The translations under genes were made by a program, and so were the position numbers. A stretch of DNA of 41,695 bases from Octopus bimaculoides (lineage: Eukaryota), in contig NC_068986.1 of NCBI RefSeq assembly GCF_001194135.2, forward strand, positions 4,843,441 through 4,885,135, read 5' to 3'. The notes under the pieces were generated by a model. That model did no database searches and was not told the DNA's origin. It saw only the letters and a list, made by a program, of their open reading frames with translations. Shown piece after piece: positions 24,010 through 36,827 of the stretch (position 1 is the stretch's first letter; the number at the start of each line of letters is the position of its first letter).

Positions 24010-24760
24010 AGCTAAACAATGGCGATCAGTGACGTAGAAGTGCTTGGGAGAAGTAGCAGGAATATAGAATCGATCATTCTGTAAATTCGTTTGAGTTGGA
24101 GTGGACGTCTAGTGAGAATGAGTAATAAAAGACTTCCTAAGCAACTTTTGTATGGTGAGCTGAAAGATCGAAAAAGGGCAGCGCATAAACTCAAAACGAG
24201 GTTCAAAGACTTCCTTGGAACTGCTTTGATACAAACAGGAATTTCAGATGTTGATTGATTGAGAGAGAGAGAAGCACAAGACTGATATAGATGGAGGAAG
24301 AGAAGAGAGTGCACAGTAATTGCTCGAAGCTGGAGAGAGAATGAAACACGAGAAGATCAGAAGAAAGCTTAGAAAGAATGAACCAGTAGCAAATGAATGA
24401 ATATTGGTTTTTACGTGTGTGATTTGTAGGAGGCAATGCTTAGGACGTGTAGACCTGGTTAGCCATCAAAGAAGCCACAGGAATCGATCCCTTGTAGATT
24501 ATGCGCCAATAATTGTCAACAGAACTTGTGCAACCTGTGAAAAGGTTCCGTTTAATTGGTGGATTAAAAAAATATGTCAAAAGGCTTTATACTGTAGCAT
24601 CGGTTCCTTGTACCAGCCGGTACAACTCAGCATTATGCAATATGTGAAAATCTTTGGCGGGGCTGAAGAGTCATATAAGGGCCTCATATTGCATTATCAA
24701 TGACTCATTTCAACGAGTCTTTCTAGCAGTGGTTTTGCTCGTATATGAGCAAGCAACCAC
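24010..24760 (+). mobile_element. RTE-clade LINE 3' fragment with C-terminal C2H2 fingers
   Basis: RLSWSGRLVRMSNKRLPKQLLYGELKDRKRAAHKLKTRFKD, FTCVICRRQCLGRVDLVSHQRSH, TCATCEK...AGLKSHIR. Confidence 0.85.
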
Positions 24761-24832
24761 TACTGTATATACACGTGCATATATATGTATATACAAACAC
24801 ATACACACATATGTATGTATGTATGTGTGTAT

Positions 24833-25185
24833 AGGCGTAAGCGTGGCTGTGTAGTAAGATGCTTGCTTCCCAACCACATGGTTCGGGGTTCATTCCCGCT
24901 GCATGACAACTTGGGCAAGTGCCTTCTACTATAGCCTCGATTCGACCAAAGCTTTGTGAGTGGATTTGTTAGACGGAAACTGAACGAAGTCCATCGTATA
25001 CATGTGTGTGTGTGTGTGTGTGTGTTTGTCCCCACCATCACGTGACAACCGATGTTGGTGTGTTTAAGTCACCGTAACTTAGCGGTTCGGCAAAGAGACC
25101 GGTAGGATAAGTACAAGGTTTACAAAGAATAAGCTCAGGCGTTGCTCCAGTATGGCCACAGTCAAAGTGACTGAAAGAATAAAAG
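24833..25185 (+). mobile_element. SINE family A, near full length
   Basis: ggcgtaagcgtggctgtgtagtaag...ggttcattccc...gtcaaagtgactgaaagaataaaag, followed by (GATA)n. Confidence 0.9.
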
Positions 25186-25192
25186 AATATCT

Positions 25193-25223
<31 letters not shown>

Positions 25224-25869
25224 TCCTACATCTTAATCTGAATTGTAACTATATAAGAAATCGTTTTTAAATTAAGTATCAAATTGGATTATAACACACA
25301 CCAAATTAAGAACAAACTAAATATAAATCTAGATAAATTTCCATTATTTCATCCATTCCAGGTGGGTAATAATTGTCTCTTGAACTTCACGCCTATTTCA
25401 GATTTTCAACACGGAAATTTAATGGTTTCTTTCGAGTAACTGTCATTTCATCTAAGTCTTTAACCAACGGCAAAATGACTTATACGGTAGAAATAATTTC
25501 CTGTCTTCATAGAATCTAATCTAGAATATATTTATTTATTTATTTAATTATTTGTGCAATCAATTTCAAGTGCTATTGGCAGAAGTATCAACGTGCTATG
25601 ACAAGTGGTGAGATGAGATTCTGATCAGAAAAGTAATAATCACTATTCTAGTATACATGCTTGACAAGAATTTTAATCAGAAATCGAATATTGAAAGAGA
25701 TATTGTTATATTGAGGTTGTGTCATGTTTATTAATTATGGAACACTTGTACTGATTATTGTTATTCTGTCTTTTAATGTTTAAACGTTTGAGTATTTAGA
25801 AAACTAAATAGTTGACGCCAATATATTTTAGCTGTTGGATTTGTAGAGAGAATTTTCTGGAACGCATAT

Positions 25870-26440
25870 ACATTAATTCCCATTCTAGCTTCTTGATAAA
25901 CCTAGATAAGATAAACTTAGATATTTTTCGGCCAAAAATTGACCCAGACCCTCTCTACCCGAGTCATTTTTAAGATAAGTTTTGCGGTATCTTGGCCCGT
26001 TCAAGCTGGGAGCTATTGTTAACTTAGATCTATCCAGGTATAAGTAGCTTGTTTGGTATCCATTGAAAAATTTTTTCAGATATCGTTTGAAGGTGATGAG
26101 ATCTTTTTCTTCTTTGATTTGTTTAGGGATAGTTAAATAAAACAGGGCTTGTTGCAGAAAAGGAATTGCGTTTCAGTGTATTTATGTTGTGAACCTGAAT
26201 TGTAGAGGGGGAGATATGGCACGGGGTTTCAACTTTGGATGAATTCTGAATTTGGTGTTAAGGTAGTTTGGGCAATGCTGATGGTATGTCCTCCACATTG
26301 TGCAGATGATGTAGCACTCATGGTGGCGTTTAAGAGAATTAAGTTTCAATATTTTAAGGTAGTTCCATTAATCAAGACTGGTCATGTCTTGAGTTTAATT
26401 TGAAACTAGAAACCCTGCTTTTCAATTCAATAAGCTATAT
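25870..26440 (-). mobile_element. CR1/L2-like LINE 3' ORF remnant
   Basis: Minus strand SLKRHHECYIICTMWRTYHQHCPNYLNTKF..HPKL..; IPKQIKEEKDLITFKRYLKKFFQWIPNK..IPGY. Confidence 0.7.
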
Positions 26441-26669
26441 CAAGTAACTCAATCTCCAAGGTTAAGACGCTTCTTCACATTTTTGCCCAAGAAAATTTGA
26501 ACTACTATGTTTAAATTGCTGCGCATTTTAATCTAGGAGAGTTTGTTGTACGGCTTAATCACATAGTAAATACAAATAGAATCTCAGGGAGACTGACTCC
26601 CTGAAATACATATATATATCCCTGTGATATTTTGTTCTACCAGTAACAATAGACTGGCTTTTTATATGA

Positions 26670-26944
26670 AACTTTAAGGAGGATTGTTTCCCCCATAATC
26701 TGCTCCAGAACTCCTTGGCTTGATTTGCATCAGGAGCAACATTTTCCCCATTGTCTCCTTCTACCGTTCGGAAGAATTGCTTCGGGTTATTATTGAACAA
26801 TCTGTTCTCCTCGAACTGCTTATTTCTATTCACAAATCTTCTGTTCTGGCTTTTTGCCATGATGCTCTGTTTTAACTGCTCTATTACTGCATCAAACCCA
26901 CTCTTCCGTATTTCATCTCTAATTTTTCGCGGTTGGTCTTTTTT
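26670..26944 (-). mobile_element. R4/Dong-like ORF fragment (pre-RT region)
   Basis: AKSQNRRFVNRNKQFEENRLFNNNPKQFFRTVEG...PDANQAKEFWSRLWGK. Confidence 0.75.
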
Positions 26945-27272
26945 CTCATTGTTGTTGTTATTATTATGATTATTATTATTATTATTATTGTTCAGTAGTT
27001 TTATTTTTATAACGTGCTTTCACTTCACTACCGAGCGCAGCTCTTTGTGCCTTAGGTATGTGCTGTGGTTTGCTGTGATGCTCTTATGATTACTGTATTG
27101 AAAATATTTTGCGTAGGATGTGTGCAGTGCCCAGTAGTGCAATTTTCTGTATGTTATATATATTTGTAAGTCCTGGTGTTTTTGTTATGTATTTGTCTGA
27201 ATATTTTTTTTATTATACTAAGGCACCTACTATGATAGGAATTGTTTCTGTTTTTAGATTCCACATTCGAGT
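26945..27272 (-). mobile_element. 3' end of an R4/Dong-like LINE (RLE C-terminus, 3'UTR, (AAT)n tail)
   Basis: Across frames LKTETIPIIVGAL..IIKKYSDKYIT..PGLTNIYNIQKIALLGTAHILRK; abuts a gap. Confidence 0.8.
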
Positions 27273-29039
27273 NNNNNNNNNNNNNNNNNNNNNNNNNNNN
27301 NNNNNNNNNNNNNNNNNNNNNNNNNNNNNNNNNNNNNNNNNNNNNNNNNNNNNNNNNNNNNNNNNNNNNNNNNNNNNNNNNNNNNNNNNNNNNNNNNNNN
27401 NNNNNNNNNNNNNNNNNNNNNNNNNNNNNNNNNNNNNNNNNNNNNNNNNNNNNNNNNNNNNNNNNNNNNNNNNNNNNNNNNNNNNNNNNNNNNNNNNNNN
27501 NNNNNNNNNNNNNNNNNNNNNNNNNNNNNNNNNNNNNNNNNNNNNNNNNNNNNNNNNNNNNNNNNNNNGTACATACATGTATATATATGTGTATATATCT
27601 TTTATGTATATGGATGTGACAATTTTTTCTAAGCATAACCTCTCACAACTCCAATGTATTTAACTACCATTACATATATACCCCTCCCTCCCTCTCTGAC
27701 AAAAAGTTCTGCCCCCACCTCTCTCTCTCTCTGACAAAAGGTTTCTCTTATTTATGACAGTAAAATTATTTATTCCATTTTATGGGCATTTTGCAAGTTT
27801 ATAGTCGTACACTGAATGAAACTAAAATTGTACATTAAACAGGACGGAAACGTATTCACTGTGAGCAGAGCCATAGTTCGAAGAATACTTGACTTCAAAC
27901 TTAGTAGCGCCTGTTGAAATCCTACCGAGATCGAATTTACCATTCGCCTTCTTAGATCAAATAAGATAGCAGCCAGTCGTGTACAAGGCTTGATGTTAAA
28001 ATCCATTTCCCTTTTCTTCCACAAATGTATGGCCTTGCGCCAAATTTAAGAAGCAATCAATATATTTTGTATGTTATCGGTTTCTGTTAGAAGTGAATTT
28101 ATTCTCTTGTCAAACTACTCATATTTTCCCATCTCTCGTGTTCATTTAATCTTCCAGGCCACTCATGCAACAAGTAAATTCTATACTAGAAACAAATAAC
28201 TTCTTAAAGCATTCAAAAACTCATATCTAGATATTTCGCCGATGCATAGAGCATAAAAATCATACTTTCCTATTAACATTGATAATTTTGTGTCATTTTC
28301 TTCTATCCTTCTTGCATTGCACGCATGTAAACACATATAACTTACATAGGATCTATATAAGAAAGTGTTTCTAGTCTTACTCCAAAGCAATTTTGTCATT
28401 ATAACTCAAGAGATCACGCACGTCAAGCAATCGAAAATCGCGATTTTGACCGAGAAGGATCATATTATCTTTGATGCAGTTTGAACGACAGAATATCGTC
28501 TGGTTGTGTAGCTTTACTAAAAAGTACCCGAAGCAAACTATATAATATACCATGTAAAGTACATGAATAAAATTCAATAATTCTGTATAAGCAACTATTT
28601 GTAGTATAGTTCTTTGAACAATTTTAGTATTATCAGTAACAACCGAGAAGTTGGAATTTAGATAAAAGTGCAACTTAACGGATTTAAGTCATACCTAGAA
28701 GTATTTATATATATAATGGATACTGTATATTCTATGGCAAACCTTTCCGCTTTTGCGTGATTTACCAAACAATATTATTGCTTTATTTTAATAAAGACAG
28801 CGAAAATCGTTTGTCTTAAAGGAGATAAAGCTGACTGAAATAGCATGACATAAAGTTTGCAGCCTTTCTGTTCTAATTTCGTATTCCTCTGCTAGAGTTT
28901 GGAAAATAAGTAAAGATATTTGGATTTGCATGAAATTAAAAGAAAATTCATAAAAATAACAACAATGAACATTTTTTTTTTTTTTTTTTTGCATACTGTG
29001 GTGTGATGAAGGAGAAAAAAAAACAAGAAGCAAAAGGCA

Positions 29040-29270
29040 GAATGAAACGCTGGGACCTTACCTTGTCGACCGTGGCAGAATAAACGATCGCTCCAGATCA
29101 AAACACGTCTTCTCCGTAAGCCGAACTCACGCCCACGTGCTCGCTGTCGACCGCGTGTCGCCGACTTCCGGTCTGGCTTCCAACAGAAAAACGTAACTTT
29201 ACTGACATCGTTGATATAATGAGGCAAAAATAATAACATAGCACATGTTTTGAGAATATAGGTAAGAAAA
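29040..29270. promoter_or_regulatory. CpG-rich candidate bidirectional promoter with outward-facing first-exon splice donors
   Basis: ETS motif ACTTCCGG at 29164-29171, E-box CACGTG, local CpG peak; minus-strand donor AAG|GTAAGG (exon ends 29062); plus-strand donor TAG|GTAAGA (exon ends 29261). Confidence 0.55.
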
Positions 29271-29965
29271 AAGACAGAACTTGCATGGAATATAACTGAC
29301 CTTAATTTATGAGATCAATCAAGGCAAGTTTACATAAATATTTGTGAGAATGTGTATAGTAATCTTCATGTATCAAGTAAATAATGGGAGTTTCAAAGTG
29401 GAAAACAGCGAGATGGGAAATAGATTTAAATTTATGGATAAGTTCGTATTTGTAAGCAACAAACTGGCCGATCATTAAAAAATGATTTTAGAAAATATTT
29501 CAATCATAGAATATCTGTTCAATTAAAGAAAAATATATGTATCCTTGAGAATATTTGAATAACCAGACGTAGGCTGATTCGATTGCTAAATCAGAAACAT
29601 GGTTATTTTGTTCAAAGATCAGGTCATCGATTGTAGGAAACTGAAAATTAGTTGCAGAATGAATTATATAAACTTATTTCTTTCTATTCCTTACATTTCA
29701 ACAAAAATAGACTTCTTCTGATCTTATTGGTAGAATAATACAACAATAATTTCATAGCACGTGGTTTCTGAGCACAGATGTAAGATAGCATAGAAATCAG
29801 CATGGAATGTAACCGATCTTTATTTACAAGATTAATCAAGACAAAATTTACATAACGGTGTCTATGAGAAGGTGCAGTTATTTTCATGTTGACTAGATCA
29901 CGTATCACAGAGATTTACATAAATATTTTCGTATTTTACAAAGTCAATGAAACGATGTTTTATAG

Positions 29966-30115
29966 CAGGGGCGGACTGAGCCGTTAGTCAATTGGGCACT
30001 GAGAGCCTAGAACTCTGAGGCGCCTGCACTCTACATGGTAACTCAACTGACATCAATGTTAAGGGGCCCGGTAAACAGCTATGCCTGAGGGCCCATAATC
30101 TTCAGTCTGTCTCTG
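29966..30115. mobile_element. 150-bp hAT-type MITE
   Basis: Imperfect TIRs caggggcggactga / tcagtctgtctctg; 8-bp TSD ttttatag (29958-29965) and tgttatag (30116-30123). Confidence 0.7.
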
Positions 30116-31479
30116 TGTTATAGAGTTGTCTGCAAGCAAATAAATGGCCATTAGTTTTTTTAAAAAACAGATAATATACATGTATTTAAACTGTCACAAA
30201 TTATTCTATTCGGAATAGTTTGTAATAACGAGAGAGAGAGAAAGAAAGAGCAAAATAAATCAGCATATCACGACCGCCAGTAACCACAGAGAGAGCCAGA
30301 AAAGGCAACCGTTTTACTTCCATTTAAATAGCCAAAGGTGACTCTACAGGCTATCAGTTTTTGTTGGACCAAAATCTCTGATCAGCTTAAATAACATGTG
30401 ACTATGATGAAACAAAGCTATAGTCTGCATAAGGTCGCTTCAGATTCAACTGACAAACACAAAAAAAATATTAAGTCTGCAGTATCATAGCAATTGTTCC
30501 CAAACTTAATTTATATACACTTTTAGAGTAAATAAAATATTTTAGTGCTCATTGTACATCAAGACAAAAATATTAAAAAGGAGTAGTTACATCCCCTAGA
30601 CAATAAATATAAATGGTTATTCAATAAATGGAACAGTTATAAAAACGAAATTCCATTTGCATTTTTCACATATTAATACAATTTGGTTATTTTTGCAGTG
30701 CACCCAACTACATCTCGCAGTACACAAGTTGAGAGCCTTCGGCTTAGGGCTTTATACTTGTTTCACTATTTGTTGTACATATGTAACTTATGTAAAATAT
30801 TATCTAAAGTGGAACTTCATAAATAACTTAATAATTGTGTCTCTTGCAATTTGAGATTAAGTCATGTTTCTGAGAAATAGAGAAAAAGAAACAAAACGGA
30901 ATCGATGAAACAGGAAAACTATATATAAACTATAATTGCCATGTTATTGTGTCATTATTATTTTCTTCTATCCACAAAATAAGTATCAATCAATTACTGG
31001 TTGAATAAGATCAGCTACAGCCCTCCCTCCGAAGATGTGTGGTCGATGTTAGAACTATTATTTCACCGTTTTGTTAGGTAATCAGTGAGCCCACAATTGG
31101 TTTGTAACTCAATTTTTCCAGTAAGTAGGTAAAATAAAGCTTATAGTCACTGGTGTAAAGGAAGAACAAAAAGATCAATTTGGCAAGAATAAAGCAAGTA
31201 AACAACTTACAGATTTCACTGATCCCGATATTCCTGTGGGGGGAAAATCCAATGAGAAACAAACGCAAGTTTTAAAAAGAATATTGCTCACCCACAACAT
31301 TCTCTTCAGATAAGGGAGGCAGCTGCACAAGTGTTGGTAGTTTAGCAACAATGGCTATTACAATGGGCTACAATAGGCAAGTATATATTTTCAAGAAAAA
31401 ATAGCACATGAAATGTTTTACATTGTTTGCTCTTAATAACACACACTACTGCTTTACCGCAGCTTTGATACTACAGCAG

Positions 31480-32700
31480 CAAAAACAGGCGTCATTAATA
31501 CTTTGATAGTCAACTGGACACTGATTCGTGCACGTGTACAGGTGGTCATCAGCCGATACCTGGCCATGGATGCATTCAGCTGCATCATATAGCACTATAA
31601 AAAAAGTGGCTTCATTGAGAAAATTAGCTATATAGAACCTACCTCAATCACACCAAGCAGATGCAAACACAAGGAAAATCACGTGATTTAATTCAGGATA
31701 TAGCATGAACATAGCCGCAGTTATAGATAGACTTGCTTTTTCTTTTAACTTTTTCATAGATACCATAAAATTTTTAATAGAAATACAATAAAGGTTAGTT
31801 ACAGCAACCTAGGTAAAATAGAATCACAGATTTTTAACCAGAGTAAGAAAACCAGTCAGACTGCATCATCTAAACAGCTTTGTAACTTCAGATATATCAT
31901 CAACAGTCCTCTAAGTAACAGATGTCTCAAGAAGGCATTAGTGTACAGAGCTGATGTCTCTGACACCAATAGATCTATGAACACATACATCGGCTTCAAC
32001 AGAAGCACCTTCAACATAGACTCGTTCAGAAACAGAGTAAAACTAATTCAACTTCATGGCCTAAATTCGTCTGGAGCTTGAAGGATTGTGGCGTGAGAAA
32101 TCTTTCCATAGGATACATAATTTCAGTCAAAGCTAAAAGGTACAATGGATAGGTCAGTAGATGCAATCTATGAGAAGCTTAAAATATTAACTCTGGCAGT
32201 GAATAGACACCCTTAATGAAAGGGGGGACTATTTATCTTAGCCTGTATGCAAAACTCTTTACACTCCCCACTCAACAACAAATGCAATACAACTAATGAA
32301 CACTGACCCCAACTTTTCCAACCCTCAAAAACTTGAAATCTGCCTTACCCCTAAACATCCCCCACCCATCCACGCCTTCATTACATTTACCGACATCTAA
32401 AATCCATCACCATAGCACATTATACTAAACCTCTACGTTCCCACACACATCCAACGAAACTAAAGCCACTGTCAACCTCATCAAGTTTACAAACCTCACT
32501 CCTTACTCCTTCATCCAACTGAATGTAGAATCTGAAAGTAGGATCAATGACAAAACATTTCCAAACTCACCATAATGGTAAAGTAGCCCAACGAATTCGG
32601 TACGGAGAAGAGTTTTGCGCTAAAAACTATATAAACTTCACCATATCAGACTGGGTCCAATTACAGTCCACACTCCACAAATGACCATTTGAACATTTAC
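31480..32700 (+). mobile_element. Penelope-like element remnant, same type as 9350-10520
   Basis: HKIFNRNTIKVSYSNLG, LCNFR..NSPLSNRCLKKALVYRADVSDTNRSMNTYIG, KFVWSLKD, RCNL.EKLKIL..LNERG; the boundaries are approximate. Confidence 0.8.
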
Positions 32701-32723
32701 TGAAATAAAAATTATTATAATTA

Positions 32724-33278
32724 CGAGGTCTGATCAAAAAGTATCAAGACTGTTTCTATGGTAACAGAGCTAAAGTATGCATAGTGAAGCCACCTGACAC
32801 AGATTGATCTTAAACTCTGTCGGGCATGCACACTAAGTTACAACATTCTTGTTCACTTCTGTTGTTTATAGCAGTACTTGGAAGTAAAATATGTAGAGTG
32901 TTGTCAACTAAAAACAAGATCAGGTTTAAATTATGCAAGATTTCCTTGATTGTGTCAAGGAAGGCAAACGCTTTCTGAAAATTGTCATAACAGGTAATGA
33001 ATAGTGGGTCTATGGACTATGACTCTGAAACCAAGGCAAAAATCAAATCCCACTTGAAGGAACAAGATTTCAAGATGTCAAGGAAATCCAAGAGAATGCA
33101 ACAAGGGAGCTGCTTGCTCTTTTGAAAAAGAAGTTCAACCAATGGAAATGATGCTGGATAAAGTGTGTTGCTTCAGAAGGGGACTACTTCGAAGGAGATT
33201 AAATACCAAAGCTAAATTGATATACGTTGTAGTTTTCTTTTTATCGAACCGGTCTTGATACTTTTTGATCAGATATCG
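32724..33278 (+). mobile_element. Internally deleted mariner element
   Basis: TA-flanked TIRs cgaggtctgatcaaaaagtatcaagac / gtcttgatactttttgatcagatatcg; residual ITGNE.WVY and C..SEGDYFEGD. Confidence 0.9.
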
Positions 33279-33469
33279 TATATGGACCATTAAAAGAAAT
33301 GTCAAATTTTCACATATCTTTGGATATTTTATGAGTAATTTTACACATCATTTAAAACTGTACTTTTCTTATTTTATTTAAAGCTATATTTTTCTTACTT
33401 TATACGATATAAACGTATTATTGATACCATCAAATTTCTGTTTTCAACTTCCTCATGCTCAATGCTGAG

Positions 33470-34130
33470 TAAGACTAAAGCTGGGAGTTTCCCTTGGCGC
33501 ATTGAAACTCTAAAATATGATAAGATCAATTTCAACTTGTTGAAAGATTACTCAGTATTAGCTATTGAAATAGCAGCCGTGAGCATTATCTAAATAGCTA
33601 CTATCGAGTTTGGAAGAAAGTTTCTTCCCTATTCTGAACAATAAACTTTTAGGAGTTCCTCACTTTTGGAAATGTGAATGAATCTGAGTGACTTTTCAGA
33701 AGCATCATACGATCCAAAATTTCTTCAAACAGCACAAATCTCTTTATATCAGCTCTATAAAACTGTCCAAACTTGAGATGAATTTTCATTAAGATATTTA
33801 CGCTATGAATACTGTTGCTTTCATCTGAGTCAAGCAGTAATCCTTTTGCATCTGAAAGAATTCCAATTTTGAATCCAAGTCATGGAGACGGACAACTCTT
33901 TCATCCAATTCATTATGGAGACGATTCAATAGTTTCTTTCATTATTGTCATCATTTCATCTTATGCAGTTAACCATACATCTTTGGCTTTTTCACCAGGC
34001 ATTTCTTTCTTCTTACTGGAGTGTCTTTCTATTTGATAGTTTCAACCAGTTTCAATCGATTTGTTGATCAGTGCTTTAAAAAAATAACCTTGACGACTCT
34101 TTAAACCATGTGCAGCATTATAACAATTCA
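33470..34130 (-). mobile_element. hAT transposase C-terminal remnant
   Basis: Minus strand VAI*IMLTAAISIANTE*SFNKLKLILSYFRVSMRQ, the hAT dimerisation motif. Confidence 0.75.
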
Positions 34131-34149
34131 TGGTATGTTCACAGTCAAT

Positions 34150-35400
34150 CCAAATGATAGTTTTTACCAAAATCAAGCTTTCACCCCACTCCCTGTGTAG
34201 ATTCACTGATGACTCAGCTTTGGTGGTTCATTTCCTAGAAAATATAAAATCAAACTGAATGTGTAGTGACAACTTTCAGTCTATCAAATAATATGGAAAA
34301 AAACTCAAGTCAGGTATCACCTTGAACCTGGAGTACCAGAACATGAACCTTCAATTGTACTAACTGAAAATCAGCCTCTAAGTGTGATGAAGAAGCTCGT
34401 ATATCTGGATAGTACCATTTCTGATGATCAGAGCACGGACGTGGAGGAGGATTGCCGCACCCAGTCTGCTGGGATCACTTTTAAGAAGCTTGATGAATGA
34501 TGAAAAACATCAAAACATAAAACTACCAACAAAATGCAAAGTGTTAGGGGCAATAGTACAATTTTGTCTGTTGTATTGTTTACCAAATTGTACAAACTCT
34601 AACAGTGGTTTCAAATTTTTGCACAAGGCCAGCAATTTCAGGGAAGGGGGAAAGTCATTTAGATCAACCCCAGTACTCAACTGCTACTTATTTTATCGGC
34701 CCTAAAAGGATGAAAGGCAAAATTTGAACTCAGAACATGAAGACAGACAAAATGCCTCTACGCTTTTTGCCTGGCATACTAATGATTCTGTCAGCTCACT
34801 GCCTTTGTATAGATTCTGACATTGATTTTAAATTTTGATACAATGCCAGCAAGTTCGGGGAGGGGATAAGCCAATTACATCGACCCCAATGTTCAACTGG
34901 TACTTATTTTATCAAGCCCAGAAGGATGAAGGGCAAAGTCAACCTCAGCGAAATTTGAGCTCAGAACATAAAGATGGATGAAATGCCACTAAAAGTTTTG
35001 TCCAGCATGCTAACAACTCTGCCACCTCGCTGCCTTTGTACAGACTCTAATGTTGACAAATCAAAAAGCTGACCAGCTATGAATTACATCATTTATGATC
35101 TATAATGATAATTCTTAGCAAGATGATATATCCAACCAAATGATCCTAAAGCAAGCTAATATGCCTCATATAGAGTCAATCCTACAAGAATTCCATAGGA
35201 TTTGCATGGAAACACTAGGATCGCCAAGGCCATTCTCTCTGATGAGTTAAAGTGTAAAAACCATAGAAACAAGTGCTGAAATGTTATTTTAGAAATAGGA
35301 TCTAGTAATGATTTAATGAAACTAGTGGCCTAACTATGACTATACAAGAGAATACAGCAGCTGACGATGAATAATGATGGAGAGGTGTTTTATTCAGATA
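34150..35400 (+). mobile_element. RTE-like LINE RT fragment interrupted by two family-B SINEs
   Basis: FTDDSALV, KLVYLDSTIS, IKLPTKCKVL.AIV before the SINEs; ISNQMILKQANMPHIES and RIAKAILSDEL after them. Confidence 0.7.
34590..35035 (-). mobile_element. Two tandem SINE family B copies (about 34590-34806 and 34825-35035)
   Basis: Each is the reverse complement of 19395-19620. Confidence 0.8.
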
Positions 35401-35574
35401 AACACTACCAGATGTATACTTTTGTACTTGTGATACAATTTAAATTAAATCAATTTAATTTAAATAATTATGTAACACAGTTTTGTAATTATACATTTGG
35501 CGATATTTACCTTAAAGAAACAGCTGTCAAGCACAATTAAAGTGTGGGCTTTATGTGAAATTTATGCTTTTATG

Positions 35575-35610
<36 letters not shown>

Positions 35611-36827
35611 AAATAATAAATGAGTATATGCATATATACGTACAGGTATGTGCATACTTGCATCTAACTGTATATATAGGTGCATATCTGGGTACAGGAC
35701 ATTGCAAACAAAACGTATACAAGAAAACAATAATAACCAGAGTACAGAAAACACACAAGCCACATAGAGAACATTTTCCTTCATCAACTACCCCCGTTTT
35801 AACACCGGCGTTTCGAAGAGGTGGGTAGTGAATGTGAATGTGCATGTGTGTGTATGTGCGTGCGTGCATGTGTGTGTGTGTGTGTGCGTGCATGCATACA
35901 TATATACATACATACATACATACAAACATACATACATACATAAAATACATTCATACATACATACATGCATGTATGCTTAATACTGTCATAGATGTCTGGA
36001 AAAAATTGACGAGATGGTCATGACTGAAACAACATCTTTGTTATCGCTATCATTCGATGATCATCAAACGCAATCAGCACTTTGCCTCATCTTTCATCCT
36101 TCATCTTGTTTGGTTTTGTGCCATTTCTCATTCTTGTAAAAAAAAAAAATTAAAAAAAAAAAAGATAAACAACTGATAAAACTAATTCATCAATCAGGCT
36201 ATCCAATATTTTGAACTTCCACTTCATGAGAAACCGTATCTCTAACAAATCATTGAGAAATCTCACCTTAGCTTTTATTGGTTATTTGATAACTTGCTCT
36301 TATATCATAGCATAGAATATATTCTAGAAAATGTGCGAATTTCAATTTTAGAACTTGACAAATACTGCAAAGGTTGTAAATTGGACAGGATATTTGAGTG
36401 GTTAGGAGAATTTATTAAACTGTCTTTGTTACTAAATTTGAATAACGGAAGAAATAATTATGTCTCAGTACCTGAATATTATTTCATTTTTCAAATGATT
36501 ATAATCTTTATCGTAAGTGGTGACAAAAGAAACGTCGTGTCCTTTTACATCAATCACATTTATAAGGCAAAGATTTAGTTCATTTTCCTGCTGTGCTCAC
36601 TTAATGATCTCAGCTGTATTTTTTTCTTTTCCTTCAACTTTTTTTTTATTTCTTTTTCCTCTCTTCCTTCAATTTTACTTTCTTTTTCCTTAGTTTTCTG
36701 TTAAGACTCTGTGGCTGTCTTCCCCATTTTCTGCATCAGCTCTTTTCGATTTCTTTGCTTTTTGCAGCATAAAATTAAAAATAGCAATTCTATCACCTAA
36801 CTACTTGAATTTGTGGTCTGCTTTTAG

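Larger units (their letters stand above)
5216..27568. other. Assembly gaps: 5216-5301, 8481-8831, 10648-10762, 11620-11629, 15612-16008, 21075-21084, 27273-27568
   Basis: N runs seen directly. Confidence 0.98.

Noticed and set aside
8460-27663. Long ORFs containing X runs (8460, 10562-10958, 15468-16083, 27109-27663)
   Set aside because: They are open only because they run through N gaps.
27770-28700. Cluster of 70-100 aa minus-strand ORFs downstream of the minus-strand first exon
   Set aside because: No recognisable domain and no consistent phase-compatible exon chain. One possible exon (about 28385-28519, GA|GTAAGA donor) was too weak to call.
29560-29612. Hairpin ataacca..ctgatt..aatcag-aaac-atggttat resembling an HHR
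   Set aside because: The CUGANGA core is absent or needs several changes.
10596-36023. Many ORFs rich in YI/HT/CV repeats
   Set aside because: They are translations of (TA)n, (CA)n and (TG)n microsatellites or SINE bodies.
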